Assembly: GCA_009103225.1 (NCBI GenBank)
Contig: RHPI01000560.1
Location: 541,465-605,464, forward strand
Direction of reading: 5' to 3'
Length of the DNA: 64,000 nt
Source of the DNA: Chlorokybus atmophyticus
Taxonomy: Eukaryota > Plantae > Mesostigma and Chlorokybus algae
The notes under the pieces are model-generated. The model did not search any database, was not told where the DNA came from, and saw nothing but the letters and a program-made list of their open reading frames with translations. Of the stretch, positions 23,201 to 35,820 are shown in pieces. Both the position numbers and the translations under genes were made by a program. Within the stretch, counting starts at the first letter, position 1. Each line of letters starts with the position of its first letter.

Positions 23201-24911
23201 CCGCAACAACACAGGGATGGAATGCGCACGGGCAGCTTGGTGTTGCCCCTGTGGAGGACAGCGATGGAATACGAGCGACCCCGAAGAAGCTGCGCTTAAA
23301 TGGCGTAAGGACAATCGCATATGCTTGTAGTTTCAATCGTAGCAAACAAAAATGTTGCACAGCTCACAGAGCATACCTGTTTTTGTCCCAGGCCAAACTG
23401 GGAAGGGTAGCAGCAGGACAGTCGGCAACAGCAATTTTGACAGAAACTGGCGAGGTGTACACGTTCGGAGCAAACGAGTTTGGTGTCCTTGGGAGAGGGG
23501 ATTTCCGACCACAAGATCTTGGCAAGGGCCCAAAGGACGTCCAAGTTGACGGGTACCAAGTCATTGAGATGTGTGTTGGCTACGGACACATGCTGGCACT
23601 CACGTCAGAGGGCAGGGTAAGCTACATGTGGAAGGATGTGTGCATGTTTAACCCCTCGACACAAGCTGGCCATCATGAGTGACAGATGTGGACACAACAA
23701 TTGTGTCGAAGCTGACCACAAACTGGGATGGCAGGTGTACTCTTGGGGACGCAACTTTTATGGGCAACTCGGACACGGTGACCACAGGTAAAGAGCTTGT
23801 TGGCGCTGCTTGTCTTTGTTGTGCACTTTGAAAAGAGATGGCACCTTTGACAAAGGCCGTAAGTGCAGCCAGCGAGAGTAAGCTAAATCCTGCCACAACA
23901 ACACCGAAACGCATGCATCTTATGAGTTCCCAACAGCACAACTTACTCAGGGACCGAGCTGCACCGGCACTGGTGGCCTACCTGACAGAGGAGCGCATTG
24001 CGACAATCGCAGCGGGACAATACCATTCGATTGCCATAACTCGAGACGGCAGAGCTTTCACATGGGGTTACAACCGCGACTACGAACTCGGCCTAGGTCA
24101 GACTCACTCTTTGCAGTCGACTTGCTGCATGCACGTTACTGCAGAGTGTCAACCAACCAACCTGCGAATGCGCACAGGTGACAATATGGACAGAGTTTTG
24201 CCTCAGGCAGTGCCTGGGTTGGAAGGCAAAAAGCTAGTTGCAGCTGCGGCTGGCGGATACCACTCCTTGGTTGTTACCGATGACGGGAGCATGTTCGGGT
24301 TTGGCCTGAACAACTACGGGCAGGTGAGAGAGCGACTAGTAGGCACAACCCACATATTCAAGCAAAGTAAGAGTTCACTACTCACAAGGAAGTCATGAAC
24401 ATGTGCGCAGGTTGGAGGTCCATACGAAAAGTCCTTTGTGAAAACACCATCATCAGTGCCAGTAGCTACCGACAGCCAACATGGGCGATTGGCAAGCAGG
24501 CATTACAAGGTGTGTCACATGTGTGCATGAGCAACTGCGCATCAGGCTGACCTGCTTTTGTGTCATAAAGGTTAAGGCAGTGTCCGCTGGCACATGGCAC
24601 TCGCTCGCTGTCTGCGAAGATGGAGAGCTATTCGCTTGGGGTCGCTGTGACTCCGGCCAGCTCGGGTTGATCGCTTGCACAGGAGACAACGTGCAAGCCC
24701 ATGTTGAAGTACCCACACGGGTAAGCAGCTTACTTTCTGACAAAGCACTATACTTCACAGCACGAGGGCTGCATTGGGAAGCCAACTTCACCCAATTCAC
24801 GCGCAGGTGGAAGAACTGCAAGCACACAAAGTGTTGATGGCAGCAGCTGGTGCTGCGCATTCCCTTGCTGTAGTGGATGGACAGTTAAGACTTCAACAGC
24901 AAACTCATTAA
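20279..24911 (+). CDS. RCC1-repeat (beta-propeller) protein with 14 repeats and an N-terminal signal-peptide-like segment
   Basis: N-terminus [29 protein letters not shown], then [149 protein letters not shown]. These alternate with AAGxxHSLA half-blades. GT-AG splicing keeps the frame; stop TAA at 24909-24911. Confidence 0.92.
21357..21490. repeat. (GAGTGT)n hexamer microsatellite inside an RCC1 intron
   Basis: Directly visible. Confidence 0.95.
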
Positions 24912-24999
24912 CTCGCAGTGGCGCAGGAGCGCTAGGTCAATGTACAGTGTACAGTGTACAGTCACATTGTAACGATTGCTACAGCAGGCAACCATTGAA

Positions 25000-27900
25000 T
25001 CAACCGCTGCTTGCACTAACAAAACTCTTTACATGCCGCTTCAATATCTGCAACACAAAACCAAGTCAAACGGTGGCACAGTATATCAATGACAGGCGCC
25101 ACCAGGTCAAACTCACCTCCAGCTCACTGTGCAGCTTGTTGAACGCCGCCTTCATGCGCGCAGCACGCTGCACAGATGTATGCATTAGCAATAGATATGC
25201 CCATCACAGCATAGTGGTTGCGATACCTTGCAGCAAGAAACAAACTTGATGTGAGCATTGATACAAGTGAGCTGTGGCACGCAAAGATTACCTGCTTTCT
25301 CTGTTTGTACAAAACTTGAACACGCGTTTGCAACTCCTGGCGATTACCCTCTTGTTGACACTTCGTAAGTTTGCGATTCAGAGTCGAAAACTCATTTCTG
25401 TTACCAGAGAGACACAATAAGACGCAGGCGCATAATACATGCTCTATGCCAGCTTCACTAGTACATGCACGTACGAGATGGCGAGCAGGTCTTGGTCAAG
25501 GCGAAAGTATGTAGGGTACTTGCTATTGTACTCCTCAACGTACTCATGGTACCTGCCAAGAAATTGTGTAAGCGGAAGTCAAGACCACATGAAGCAGACT
25601 TGAATGGCAACTGTAGGTGCGGAACGTACTGCGCTTCGGACGTGATGGGACCCCGTTGCACTGGCTCAGAGCTCTCCGCAAAGGACCAGTACACTTCAGA
25701 AGCATCTTCGACTGCAGGTGAATTCTGATCACCACCATTGGCTCGTTGCGACGACGCGCTGACCTTATCGCGCTTTGACTGTATATCCACCTTGCTGCCA
25801 ACTGCAGCTTCTCTGTCGCTGTCGCCAGGGCTGTCCGACCTGAGCTCTCCGGGTTCCATTGATAGAGCTGGTGAAGAAGGTTTGGAGGGTTCCACTGGGG
25901 GTTTCATCCTCAGCTTGCTGATAGGCAGCTTGGCCGTATCTATCCTGACTGTATCTCTACCAGTGCCGCCGTTTTGTAACCTCTCCTTTTCTGTAGACAA
26001 TCTGGCATTGCCATTAACATCTGTTGCACTGCTTCCAAGACCTTTGTGTTTCAAAGCACCATTTGCTGGTTCTGTGCGTGATCTGGCCTCTGTGTGGCCA
26101 TTATCTGCGGGTGACTCGTCACAATACATTCTGCTGTTTAAAGCATTAGCATCAGCAGCTTTACTGTTGGAGCGCGCAGCGGGCTCTGCATCGGCACCGT
26201 GCTGCAACCTGTCTGCGAGCTCCTTCTCAGGCGCCGATATCTCCGCATTCGTTTTCTTTTTGTGTGTCTTATGGACTTTAGCACCATCAACCTTGGACTT
26301 GGTCTTTGAGTCAATATGTCCATGCTTGGCAGACTGCTTGGGTTCGGTTGCCAAAGGTTGTACCAATAGTGGCTCTGGCGGCGACAGTTCCAACTCCTCT
26401 GGAGTTGCAGGCTTTGATCCAGCCGATTGCAACACAGGAGAGACCACGGCTGCTGGCCGGCTACTGTTGGCTGTTGCCAATGGAGAAGGCCCAGCGTCTG
26501 TGTCGGTGTCCATGCTTTGCGGAGTCCTGCCAGCAATACCCCACAAAAGTAAATGCCTGCCGTTGCCTTAATTCTGCCTAGTATGACACAGTACGCTGCT
26601 TACGTTGCTGTGGCGGCTTGGGTCAAAGCCGTTCGTGCCTGTGGCACTTCTTTGGATGCTTCTGGAGTCAGATGATATAGGCCCGGCGATCGGTACAGTG
26701 CTATCCCCTTGAGTACTCTCTCCATCACTTGACGTGTAGGCATCGACTTTTTCATCCGCTCAAACACAGCACGCTCCAATGCCTGCTTAAAGTGCACATG
26801 ATTAACATGATTGATCTAGAGCGCACAAACTGCCTCATTGCTTGGCCACCACCTCGTGACAAATGTCAACTCGAGAGCAAAAATGCAGCACATACCGCAA
26901 TTGACAAGGGCTTGACAGCAAGTATGTCGAGCAAGTGGTTGCGCAGGAACGTCAAATCTACATTGCTGGTGCGCTTGCCAAACTCGCCGCCATCCTTTGC
27001 AGCCTTTGCGGGGGGCTTTGGCTTTGCAGCTGAATCCGGCTTCATGACAGGTTCCTTGGGCGTAACTGGTGCGGACAGCCCACCATCTGACCTCGGGCGA
27101 GGCGGTGGCTCCAATGGCTGCGGTCGCTTGTGTTCAGGTCCAACGGGTAACGTCTTTGCTACCGGCCCTTGTGCAGATGCGGCTTCCGAGGTGGGTTTCA
27201 ACCTGATTGCAGTGTCTGTTGGCTGCGGTGCACGCAGCTTTGCGTCCTGTACAATGGGAGGGGTCTTGGGCTGTGCGCCTATCGGTGTAGAAGGCTTGGA
27301 GGGCACGTTAGGTGCTGCAGACTTTGAAACAGTTTTGCTTCTCTTTGGCATCGGCACGCGAGCAGCTTTGCCTGCAGTAACAGTTGACCAATGGTCATGT
27401 GCTAAGTGAACTGCCATTGCAATGGCATGCATGCCCAAGAGTCACGTACCTGCACTGCGCTTCTTTGGCCCTGTTGTCCGCGCAGGTTTGCAACCAAATC
27501 AATAGCACATTCAGTACGGCAGCTAAAAGCGTGCATTGCGCTTACAGCAACAGCATGACTTCGCACCTTCTGGAGGTGCTGGTTGCCCCAGTTTGAGTGA
27601 CTTGTCATAATGATCCAGCAGCAGTGCCCTGGCAAACAGCAAGTTAGACACGGGAAGCACGTGACAACAGCAACTGCTGGCCACGTTGCGTACGCACTTC
27701 CGTTCTTTCTGCTTGCGCACTGCCTCCTGGCCACGCTGTGAAGCTCGCGTCTTCTCATCAGCATCCCAGTCGCGAGCAACATGCAGCTTTTTGCCAATGG
27801 TGCCAACTTGCAACAGCACCCCAGCACCAGTCTCCTCGTAGCAGTCGCACGCACTGGCCTCTGGCAGTGTATTAAACTGGTACGTCTCCTTTCCTATTCG

Positions 27901-28448
27901 CAGAACCTGTGCATGCTCTCGTAAGATGTGAACGTGCCACACCAACTAGCGTGCCACGCACCAGGCGCGCCGGCACGCCAATTGCTAGGTATGATAGTAG
28001 AAACATCTACAACAAGTAGACTGCCAGCTTTGCCATCGACAACGCTGTACATGCGAGAATCATCAGCGCTGCCAATCTGCACAGCATGGACAAATGTGCA
28101 CGACTGCAGACACCATCACTTCACGAAATGTGGATGTATCCAATTCGACACCAATGCAACAACTGTTTGTTGAATGGATGCTTAGTCTCAACCAAATAGT
28201 GAACTCAACTCTGCAAGCTAATACAAGCGCATGTAGCTATCAACCACACACAGGCATACACCATCAGCCAGTACCGTGCCGGCAGGGCCCTGGCCCATTT
28301 TGAGCGTAACATTATCCCCAGCAGTGTGCGCAGCGATCAGGGCAGCGCGGAGCTCAGGGGTGAGCCTGAGGGTCATGGCAAAGGGGGCGGCGCCATCTGC
28401 ACCGCAGGCGGCGGGAGGCTGGAGAACCAGCTCATGGGGAAGCTCCAT
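25000..28448 (-). CDS. RNA Pol II elongation factor ELL-like / occludin-ELL domain protein
   Basis: N-terminus FAMTLRLTPELRAAL...VLRIGKETYQF...LQVGTIGKKLHV, central LRNHLLDILAVKP...VLKGIALYRSPGLYHL, and a long Ser/Pro/Lys low-complexity exon. C-terminus GPITSEAQY-HEYVEEYNSKYPTYFRLD...RAARMKAAFNKLHSELE-ILKRHVKSF, which resembles the occludin/ELL helical domain. Confidence 0.75.
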
Positions 28449-28604
28449 TGATCAAGCAGACCTTCGAAATAACCAGGCCCACATCAACTCCCGCACGCCT
28501 CCATCCTCTACATCTCCTCAAACCCCGCCCTCCAGGGCGCCGACGGCTACGCCACCACAACCGCCGCCGCTCAGGGTTTAATTAGTCTTGATGCAAGGCT
28601 TAGG

Positions 28605-28613
28605 AAACCCTAA
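28605..28613 (+). promoter_or_regulatory. Telo-box AAACCCTAA upstream of the ELL-like gene, in the divergent ELL/pLGIC intergenic region
   Basis: Exact plant telo-box ~160 bp upstream of ATG 28448. A function here is inferred only. Confidence 0.45.
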
Positions 28614-29172
28614 TTTACGACCTCGCTATAATGCTAACTTCATGTAAGCACATTGGAGCTGTGTCAAAATCGATTCCTGATACACAACCAAAGACACGTG
28701 GCGCAATGTGATCGCCCGCTTCATGCAAAGCATGACATGAAGCGCTACAATCATTATAGCGTACCTGCTGAATCAGTGCAATGCCGCAGGTTGGTAGCCC
28801 TTTTGCCCCTTTTATGCCCGGCGGCGGGTTCATTCACGACTCCCTGACCGCGCCCGCTTCATGAACGAAACGCGCACACGACCTGAACTTTTTTTGTCGC
28901 TTGCTAATGCCAGTCGCAACCGCCTCTACGAGACCCCTGATTTAGGACCCCTTTAGGACCCCTTTAGCTCAGCGCGTGTGGTCATGAGCCACGTCCTCCG
29001 GCGGCTCAAATGCCAAGCAAAAAGTGATGAATGCAATTGCAGTTTAGTGACCGTCTCGGCTTACCAAACAGTCAAGTGCTGCAACTAGCAAAAACTTCTG
29101 CATGGCGGTGGTAGTGGTGGTGATGGTGGTGGCGGCGGCGGCGAGGTAGCTTCGCGTCTGGGGGGTGAAACT

Positions 29173-32100
29173 ATGCGCATGGAGGGTAGGCTGCTGTGCT
29201 TGCTGGTGCTGAAGCTTCTGGCGCTGGTGGTGTCGGGGTCGGCGTCCTCAAACTCCGCGCAGGGACAGGTATTTTTGGGTGGCTGCTTGTTGCTGTTGCC
29301 ACAAAGCACCTGAAAGGGTTTCTGGTGTTTGGTTCTTATTGCTCAGCATTAACTTACGCGTCATCAATCACAATTATAGACTAGTTGCTGGTTGCTGTTG
29401 AACAATCCATGTGGTAGCAGTTACAGAGGCTGGGAGCAGTGGCCTGTTTGACACAAGCACTGCTGCATACCGCATGCCAAACTCTAGCTACCCAACACTG
29501 TATTTGATTGTTGTATACTGTATGTACAGTAGGCAATGCACCCTTGAGCCGAGCAGTCGACATGATCAAACGAGATCTGGAGCTCAGTCATAGTGTGCAT
29601 GCTGTGGATGTATGCATACACAGCATAAGTTCCATCCATTTAAGCACCATGCGCCATCAACCAACTTGCGCAACACTGCCTGTGCTTGGCAGTCACACTT
29701 GTTGTTGGGGTGCAGGGCGTTTCAAATCCATTCCAGTCACAGGGCGTGCCGCCCAAAGAGTTTTCGCCAATATACGTGTCATTCTACTTGGACCGGCTCA
29801 TAGCCGTAGATGGTAAACAATGATTTGCAAAATAAACTGTCATGCCAGATTCACTTGTTACACAATGGAAGCCTATGCTTGACACAACAACCATACACGT
29901 GCAGATCACCAGTACATATTCGAGGCTGTCACTTACGTTCGCTTCAGCTGGATAGACACTAGAGGTGAGCGTTGTCATCTAAGTTTTTGCTGCTTCTGCT
30001 GCTGCTCTTTTTGTATGTGGTGGTGGTCGTTGACGCTGGTGGGGTTGTTGGTCGTTGTCACGTATGTTGTTGTTGTCGACGTCATTGTTGCTTCTGAGCC
30101 AGTATGGTCCTGCACTTAAGCACAAACCATGTTCAACAGCTGCGGCGTTGTTGTATCCAATCGATCCGAACAACACCGCAGCGTGCACGCGCTCGTGCCA
30201 GAACCTTGTGCCAACGTCGGGCGCAGTTGAAGCCGTATGCTGCGACAGGGTGGGTTTGTATACATGTGGTGCTGACTGAAACAACACACTGACCAAACAT
30301 ACATTTTGTAGATATGGCTTCCCGGCACGAACTTTCGTAATGCTTTCCTCTTCCCCGATGGTCGCACTGAGTCGGAGATTGTGTCACTCGGTGGCGTGAA
30401 CAACTCCGCTGTGCAGTGGCTGAAGGTCCTTCATGGTGAGTGTGTGTTGATGTAGGTATTTGTTGTGTTGGTGTACTCGTACCAAGTAGGCACGCCAACA
30501 CGTTTGTTGTTGGGCAGGTGTGTATTACACGCCGATGTCCTTCCGCAACTTCCCGTTCGATCGGCAGAGCCTTGTGCTCTCGCTGGAGGCGATTGACCAT
30601 GCTGCTCCATACATCGCGTCCTCCATCGGCTCAAAGGTGTGAGCACTTTCAGGTGCAAGGAGGTTTCAATGGGGTTTGAGTTTCAGTTTGATTATGCACA
30701 CCTGGTAGGTTGGTGAGGATGTGATTCAGCGGAGAGGTAATGACCTCTCCAGCTGGCGGGTGCAGCGTGTAAGTACGGTTCAGTACAATCGCTCCCTCAC
30801 AGTCACGCTTCAGGTTGGTGTTATTGTTGTTGCTCTGTTGCTCTCATCATTGTGCGCATTTGCAAATACTCGAGGTGGGTTACCAATCTCACCGGCAGTT
30901 GTCGGTGTGTTTGCGACGTACAGTATGGAACATTCTCGAATGCAGCTGACCCGCTGCCACTGAAGCCCGAGCATGAGGCATTGACGTTTACGTACCCAAA
31001 CTTCGTCATCACGATAGACGTTGTACGGCTTTCCTCGTACTACGTTTACAACATCATCCTGCCAATGTCAATCTGTGTGGCCCTGTCGTGGATCACGTTT
31101 CTCCTATCTGCGGTGAGCGCAGTCAGGATTATGTGCCAAATCAGTACGCTGATGTTGCTGCAAGCATGTCATCACGCATTGCAATGTCGCCATGCATTGA
31201 GATTGTATATGGATCTACCTTACAGTAGCGCTCTGATAGGCGGAGCATGTGGACACGCGGCTGCAGATAGTGGTGACATTGTTTCTGGCGTTGACGGCGA
31301 TGCAGTTTGTCGTGAACGACCAGCTGCCCAAGTCCTCGTACATCACGGCACTGCACATTCAGGTGCCTGTGTGGACACGCGTGTACATCCATGTGCACAG
31401 AAGCGCAAGCACGCATGTTGTGCTTGTGTAGGTGCAATTGAGTTTGTGTTTGTTCGCGCCTGCGGCTGTGTGTTGATGTGTACATGTATTTGCATGTGCA
31501 CGTGCTGGTGTATCTGTAGTTGCACGGTTGTCAAGATGTGGTACCAACTGTTGTGTTACACAGGTGGTCATCTCGTACGCTGCCATCAGCGTTGTCGGGC
31601 TTGAGGGCCTTGCGGTGTACTACCTTACACGCAAGGATATCAAGAAGCGCAAGAATAACGCCCAGGCAATTGCCGCAGAGATGAGCTGGCGCACATTCGC
31701 AAAGAAGTTCCTCGTCAACCCCGCCACAGGCGCTGCTGCCAATGCCGCAAAGTCCATCGGCATCTTCTGGTTGAACACCTCTTCTGCCACCAGCAGGTAA
31801 CCCTTGTGGGCATGCACAAACTACATGCCAGCGTGAACACTACATTGAGCAGAAGTGTGCATATTGCAGTGTGCGCAAGGGTGTACTTACATGCTTGCTA
31901 TACACTGCTTTACTGCCATGGGCTCCATGTACTCCACTGCGTTTGTCTGCATGACTTTGTTGTGCGTGCGCTTGCAAGTGCGTGTGCTTGTACTCATGTG
32001 CAGGTACACGCGCGTGCGCGTGTGTGACGTCTCACAGGTGACTTCTTGCAGGAAAGCAAGGCAGCTGAGCGACAGGTTGAGTTTTCGCCACGGCAGCGAG

Positions 32101-32754
32101 ACCAACTGCGCTTCGGGGACCACTGCGTCAACGTCCAGCGACTTGGTGATTTGCAAAAGGCCCGCAGCCTCGACCGAGGCTGCGGAAGCACACAAGTGGC
32201 GAACACACTCGCCATTGCACAGCAGAGACTCGCAGGGGTGGCCCGGGATAACGGCTGTGTTAGCAGCCTCTGCAGACTCGCACAAACCACATCTGCAGCA
32301 GCAGCAGCATGAGCACCAGTTGTTCCGAACACGCCACCGTCCAGCCATCGAAGGTGAGGACCAGATGGCGTTCGAGATTGAAAGCACACATGATGACGAT
32401 CGCAACAACAGCCACAACATGGCAGCTATGCCGAAGAATTTCTCTTCAACATCCTTGTGCTCGTCGCACCCATTGGTGGCGGGTATGAACCACTGCGATG
32501 ACGATGTGGAGAACCCGCGGAGCCCGCACCCACCTTATCAGCACGCGACGCACACAAGCAAGCACAAAAAGCACCGTGGGTGGCTCGCACGCATGAGGCG
32601 GATACGCGCGCTCGTGCATGAAGACTTCGACTCTGCGCTCGAGACTGTCCACCAACTGGACGTCATCAGCCTCCTCATCCTACCTGTCTTGTATATTGCG
32701 GCCACCATACTCACTTTCACGCTCGATCATGAGCGAGCGAGCTATTCGGATTGA
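29173..32754 (+). CDS. Cys-less (Pro-loop) pentameric ligand-gated ion channel, paralog A, 11 exons
   Basis: Signal peptide MRMEGRLLCLLVLKLLALVVSG; IYVSFYLDRLIAVDDHQYIFEAVTYVRFSWIDTR; CCDR-IWLPGTNFRN; GVYYTPMSFRNFPFDRQSLVL; M1 YYVYNIILPMSICVALSWITFLL; M2 DTRLQIVVTLFLALTAMQFVVNDQLPKSSYIT; M3 VVISYAAISVVGLEGLAVYYL; M4 LDVISLLILPVLYIAATILTF. Splicing stays in frame. Confidence 0.93.
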
Positions 32755-34316
32755 ATTCTTTCCTTGTTCTTAGCTTGGTAAAGCATAGCACAGCATAGTA
32801 CGAACGCGTGCAAAACTGTAGTTGTCAACTACTAGGGGTTGGTATATAGAGTTGGTAGCGAAGCAGGTTTGTTAAATTGAAAGGCGCAAATGTGACATAT
32901 AAGTGTAGCAATGCCTCAAGAGGGATTGAGACAGTATGACAGTCTCATTGCCCAAGCGGAGCTGCAATCTAATAATGCAATCTAGTAACATTCCATACAG
33001 TGCCGCGCAGGCCCCCAACCCTAATATCTGGAGTAAATGAAGCACTGCAGTCCGCAGTGGCCAGCTGCCCAATGGCTTCTGGCTCACTGTGGTCCTCCCG
33101 TGTGTATGTGAGGCGAAGTTGCTGCTCCTTCCTGCTTTGCTGCCCACGCTGCTGAAGGGCCCAGCCAGCTGTTGCCTTGCTTTGATCACTTGCTTGACAG
33201 TAACTACTGCTTGTCCTCCTACACTACACACATACACGCATCTCCTTGGTTTGAGTTGCACAGGTTAGTCTAGCAGTCAGTCAGTCCATGAGTCTTGCCT
33301 ATGCACCGGCGCAAAGCATCGACCCGAGGGTAATGCTAAGCTTCTTATGAACAGCTGCAAGACAAGCGGTGCCCGTTGTGTACATGCTCGTGTTCCAAAC
33401 ATATGAAAGATATGCACGCGTATCGACTTGAAGTCGCGGGAAAAAGATTTTCAAAGACATCCCCACCGTGCACGCGCCTCAAGCAGACGCAAACCTAGCA
33501 ATACAGAAACAAACGTTGTCATCTCGCAAACGCATCGCTGTGCCAGGCAATAGACGCATCAGGCTTATCACAAACAAACTATTGACATCGCGTCGCAAAA
33601 TCATTATAACATGATGATGTTTCCCCTGCCGGCCGATTCAATATTGGCCATGGCCGTGCACCCGAGGATACTCGTTTAGACTGTCGTGGCTCAGTCCACC
33701 GGTAATCTCGATACAGGGACATGAGCATAACGGCCGTCACCATCAGTTGGCGGCCGTCTACAGAAAGGGCCTGACCCTAACCGACCGGTACTTGCCAAAT
33801 ACCCATCAGTCAAGCAAAAGGGACTTAACCTAACCTACTGACAAGTAACTAACTAGTATCTAACAACATAAAGTATCAGCGATTGTACATTGAATGATTG
33901 TGCCTGACAAGTACCTGATGGTGCCTCTATAGTACCGGCCATTATTGTTGTGTACCATGAAAGGTACCTGTTAGTACTGCTTGGTGATGATTATGTATCA
34001 CACAATAATTGTCATCAACTGTGCAAGACGGTGATAAATAATCAATTCTTAATGCCAATAGCAGTTTCTATGCTACAATGTAAACTCCACTGAGCTATTA
34101 CTACTACTGCTAGTACAATCAAGTTACTACTTCTAGTATCACTACCTTTGTACCAAGCTGCCGCTCTTGAACCGCCCGCCACTGGAGCTGGCAGCTCCGC
34201 CGCCGCTGTTCCCGTAAAGCACACAAGGCGGTTAAGGCAATCATATAAGCGCAAACAACAATAACATACACACCTACATGCTGTTGCTTGCCATGTATCG
34301 CCGCCGCCGCCGCCTA

Positions 34317-35820
34317 CACACGGATTGACGTTCAAGGACCATGAATGGTCCGTGACGCAGGACCGGGATTTTCCCCTGCTAAGTGAAATTGACGGACCAT
34401 GTATGGTCTGGCTTTCATGGACAGTCGGACCATGCATGGTCCGGATTTCACGTGAATGGTACCATTGTCCCTTGGTACGGACCACTTATGGTGCGGCCGA
34501 TTACTGTTGCGTCAGGACCAGGTATGGTCCGGCCATCAGACCAGGGACAAAATCATTTAATTACATATTTCAATCATAACTGGTCCGGCTAGCGGACCAT
34601 GGACCGAATTGTATTATGGAACAATGTACATATGAGTGCAAATGCAGTAAAAGTGGAGACATCTTTGCCGGCGGCACCGGCCACGCCCAACCTGCGGCGC
34701 ACGAGGCCGCGGCCAGCTCCGCGGCGTTAGTGGAATTATTAGTCAAGAACACACGCATCATCGGCCGGATTCGAACCCAGTACCTTTAGCATATCAAAGA
34801 CGACGCCCTAGCCACTAAGCTACAAGTGCACGTACCGGTAGGGTCGCATGGCAACCTATATCATATAGTGTATTGCATGCGCCGCTTGGCGACTGTCGGC
34901 CGGCGGCAGTAATTGCCGATGGACAGTCGAAGATTGTCACTTTGATAGGCCCATAGGCTGAGCCCATGCAACTGTAGCATTCATAGGCTGTACCAGTTAC
35001 ATGGACGGTGGCAAACTACATACCGGTAGCCGCGAACTCGGCGGTTGTCAATACGCCAGTACAATTTGTAGACTTGTTAGGGGCTGTCATTGTGACAATG
35101 CTTAGCGATAGTAGCCAAATTGCGACTGTCAATGCAGCCAGTGTACCTTATCGGGCTGTCGATGATTCTGTGGTCGCATGAGGCTTTTATAGGCCATTTA
35201 TGAGGTTATATATTTATATGTATACATATATCCATGTATACATATATAGGCCACAAGTGGACAGCCGCAACTGGTCGGCGGCTGTCAAGTTAAAATGTAC
35301 ATGGACAGCCGGCTGTCAATATACATTGACAGCCGCCGACCATTTGCGACTGTCCAATTTATGGTAAGCGGCGACAGTCGGTGCGGCCTGTCATTTATTA
35401 AATGATGATACACACAATGTACCTATGTACTCGTACATGCAATAACGATACTTCAGTCATGGTACACGTGTAGCGCGCCCTGCAGGGCCGCCAACCAGCA
35501 ACATTGCTGGTCCATGCCGCCCCATACATGGTGCGGCACGGACCATGTACGGTGCGCGGCTGCCGGGCCGCTGAGCCGCGGGCCCACTCCTGGTCCGCAT
35601 CCAGGAACCAGCGTAGAGTACTGGTCCGTGCCGCACCATACAAGGTGCGGCACGGACCATATGTGGTGCGCGACTGCGCGCCAGGTGTTGGGGCCCCAAA
35701 AGAACCATGGACGGTCCGTCCCTCGCGGACCAGACACTCGTGGTCCGCGGGGACGGACCATGTATGGCCCGCGGGGTCCGTGGAAGGACCATGCATGGTC
35801 CCCGAACGTCAATCCGTGTG
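34317..35820. mobile_element. Non-autonomous CACTA/EnSpm(CMC)-like DNA transposon, 1504 bp
   Basis: Left end CTA|CACACGGATTGACGTTCaaGGACCATGaATGGTCC. Right end GGACCATGcATGGTCCccGAACGTCAATCCGTGTG|CTA. This gives a 17-bp perfect TIR, a 3-bp TSD CTA, CAC...GTG termini, and arrays of palindromic GGACCATRYATGGTCC subterminal repeats at both ends. No transposase ORF. Confidence 0.85.
34757..34829 (-). tRNA. tRNA-derived sequence (pseudo-tRNA or SINE head), not a functional tRNA
   Basis: The reverse strand reads gcacttg TAGCTTAGTGGCTAGGGC gtcgtctttgatatgctaaaggtactg GGTTCGAATCC ggcc, with A-box and B-box at tRNA spacing. The acceptor and anticodon stems do not pair. Confidence 0.6.

Noticed and set aside
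25738-27409. Plus-strand 277 aa and 226 aa ORFs
   Set aside because: Antisense shadows of the long ELL-like exons.
30518-30637. Missing Cys-loop cysteines as evidence that the channels are pseudogenes
   Set aside because: Both paralogs share the Cys-less FPFD loop with intact frames, matching the known Pro-loop subclass.
34757-34829. Functional tRNA gene
   Set aside because: Acceptor and anticodon stems do not pair; kept only as a tRNA-derived sequence.
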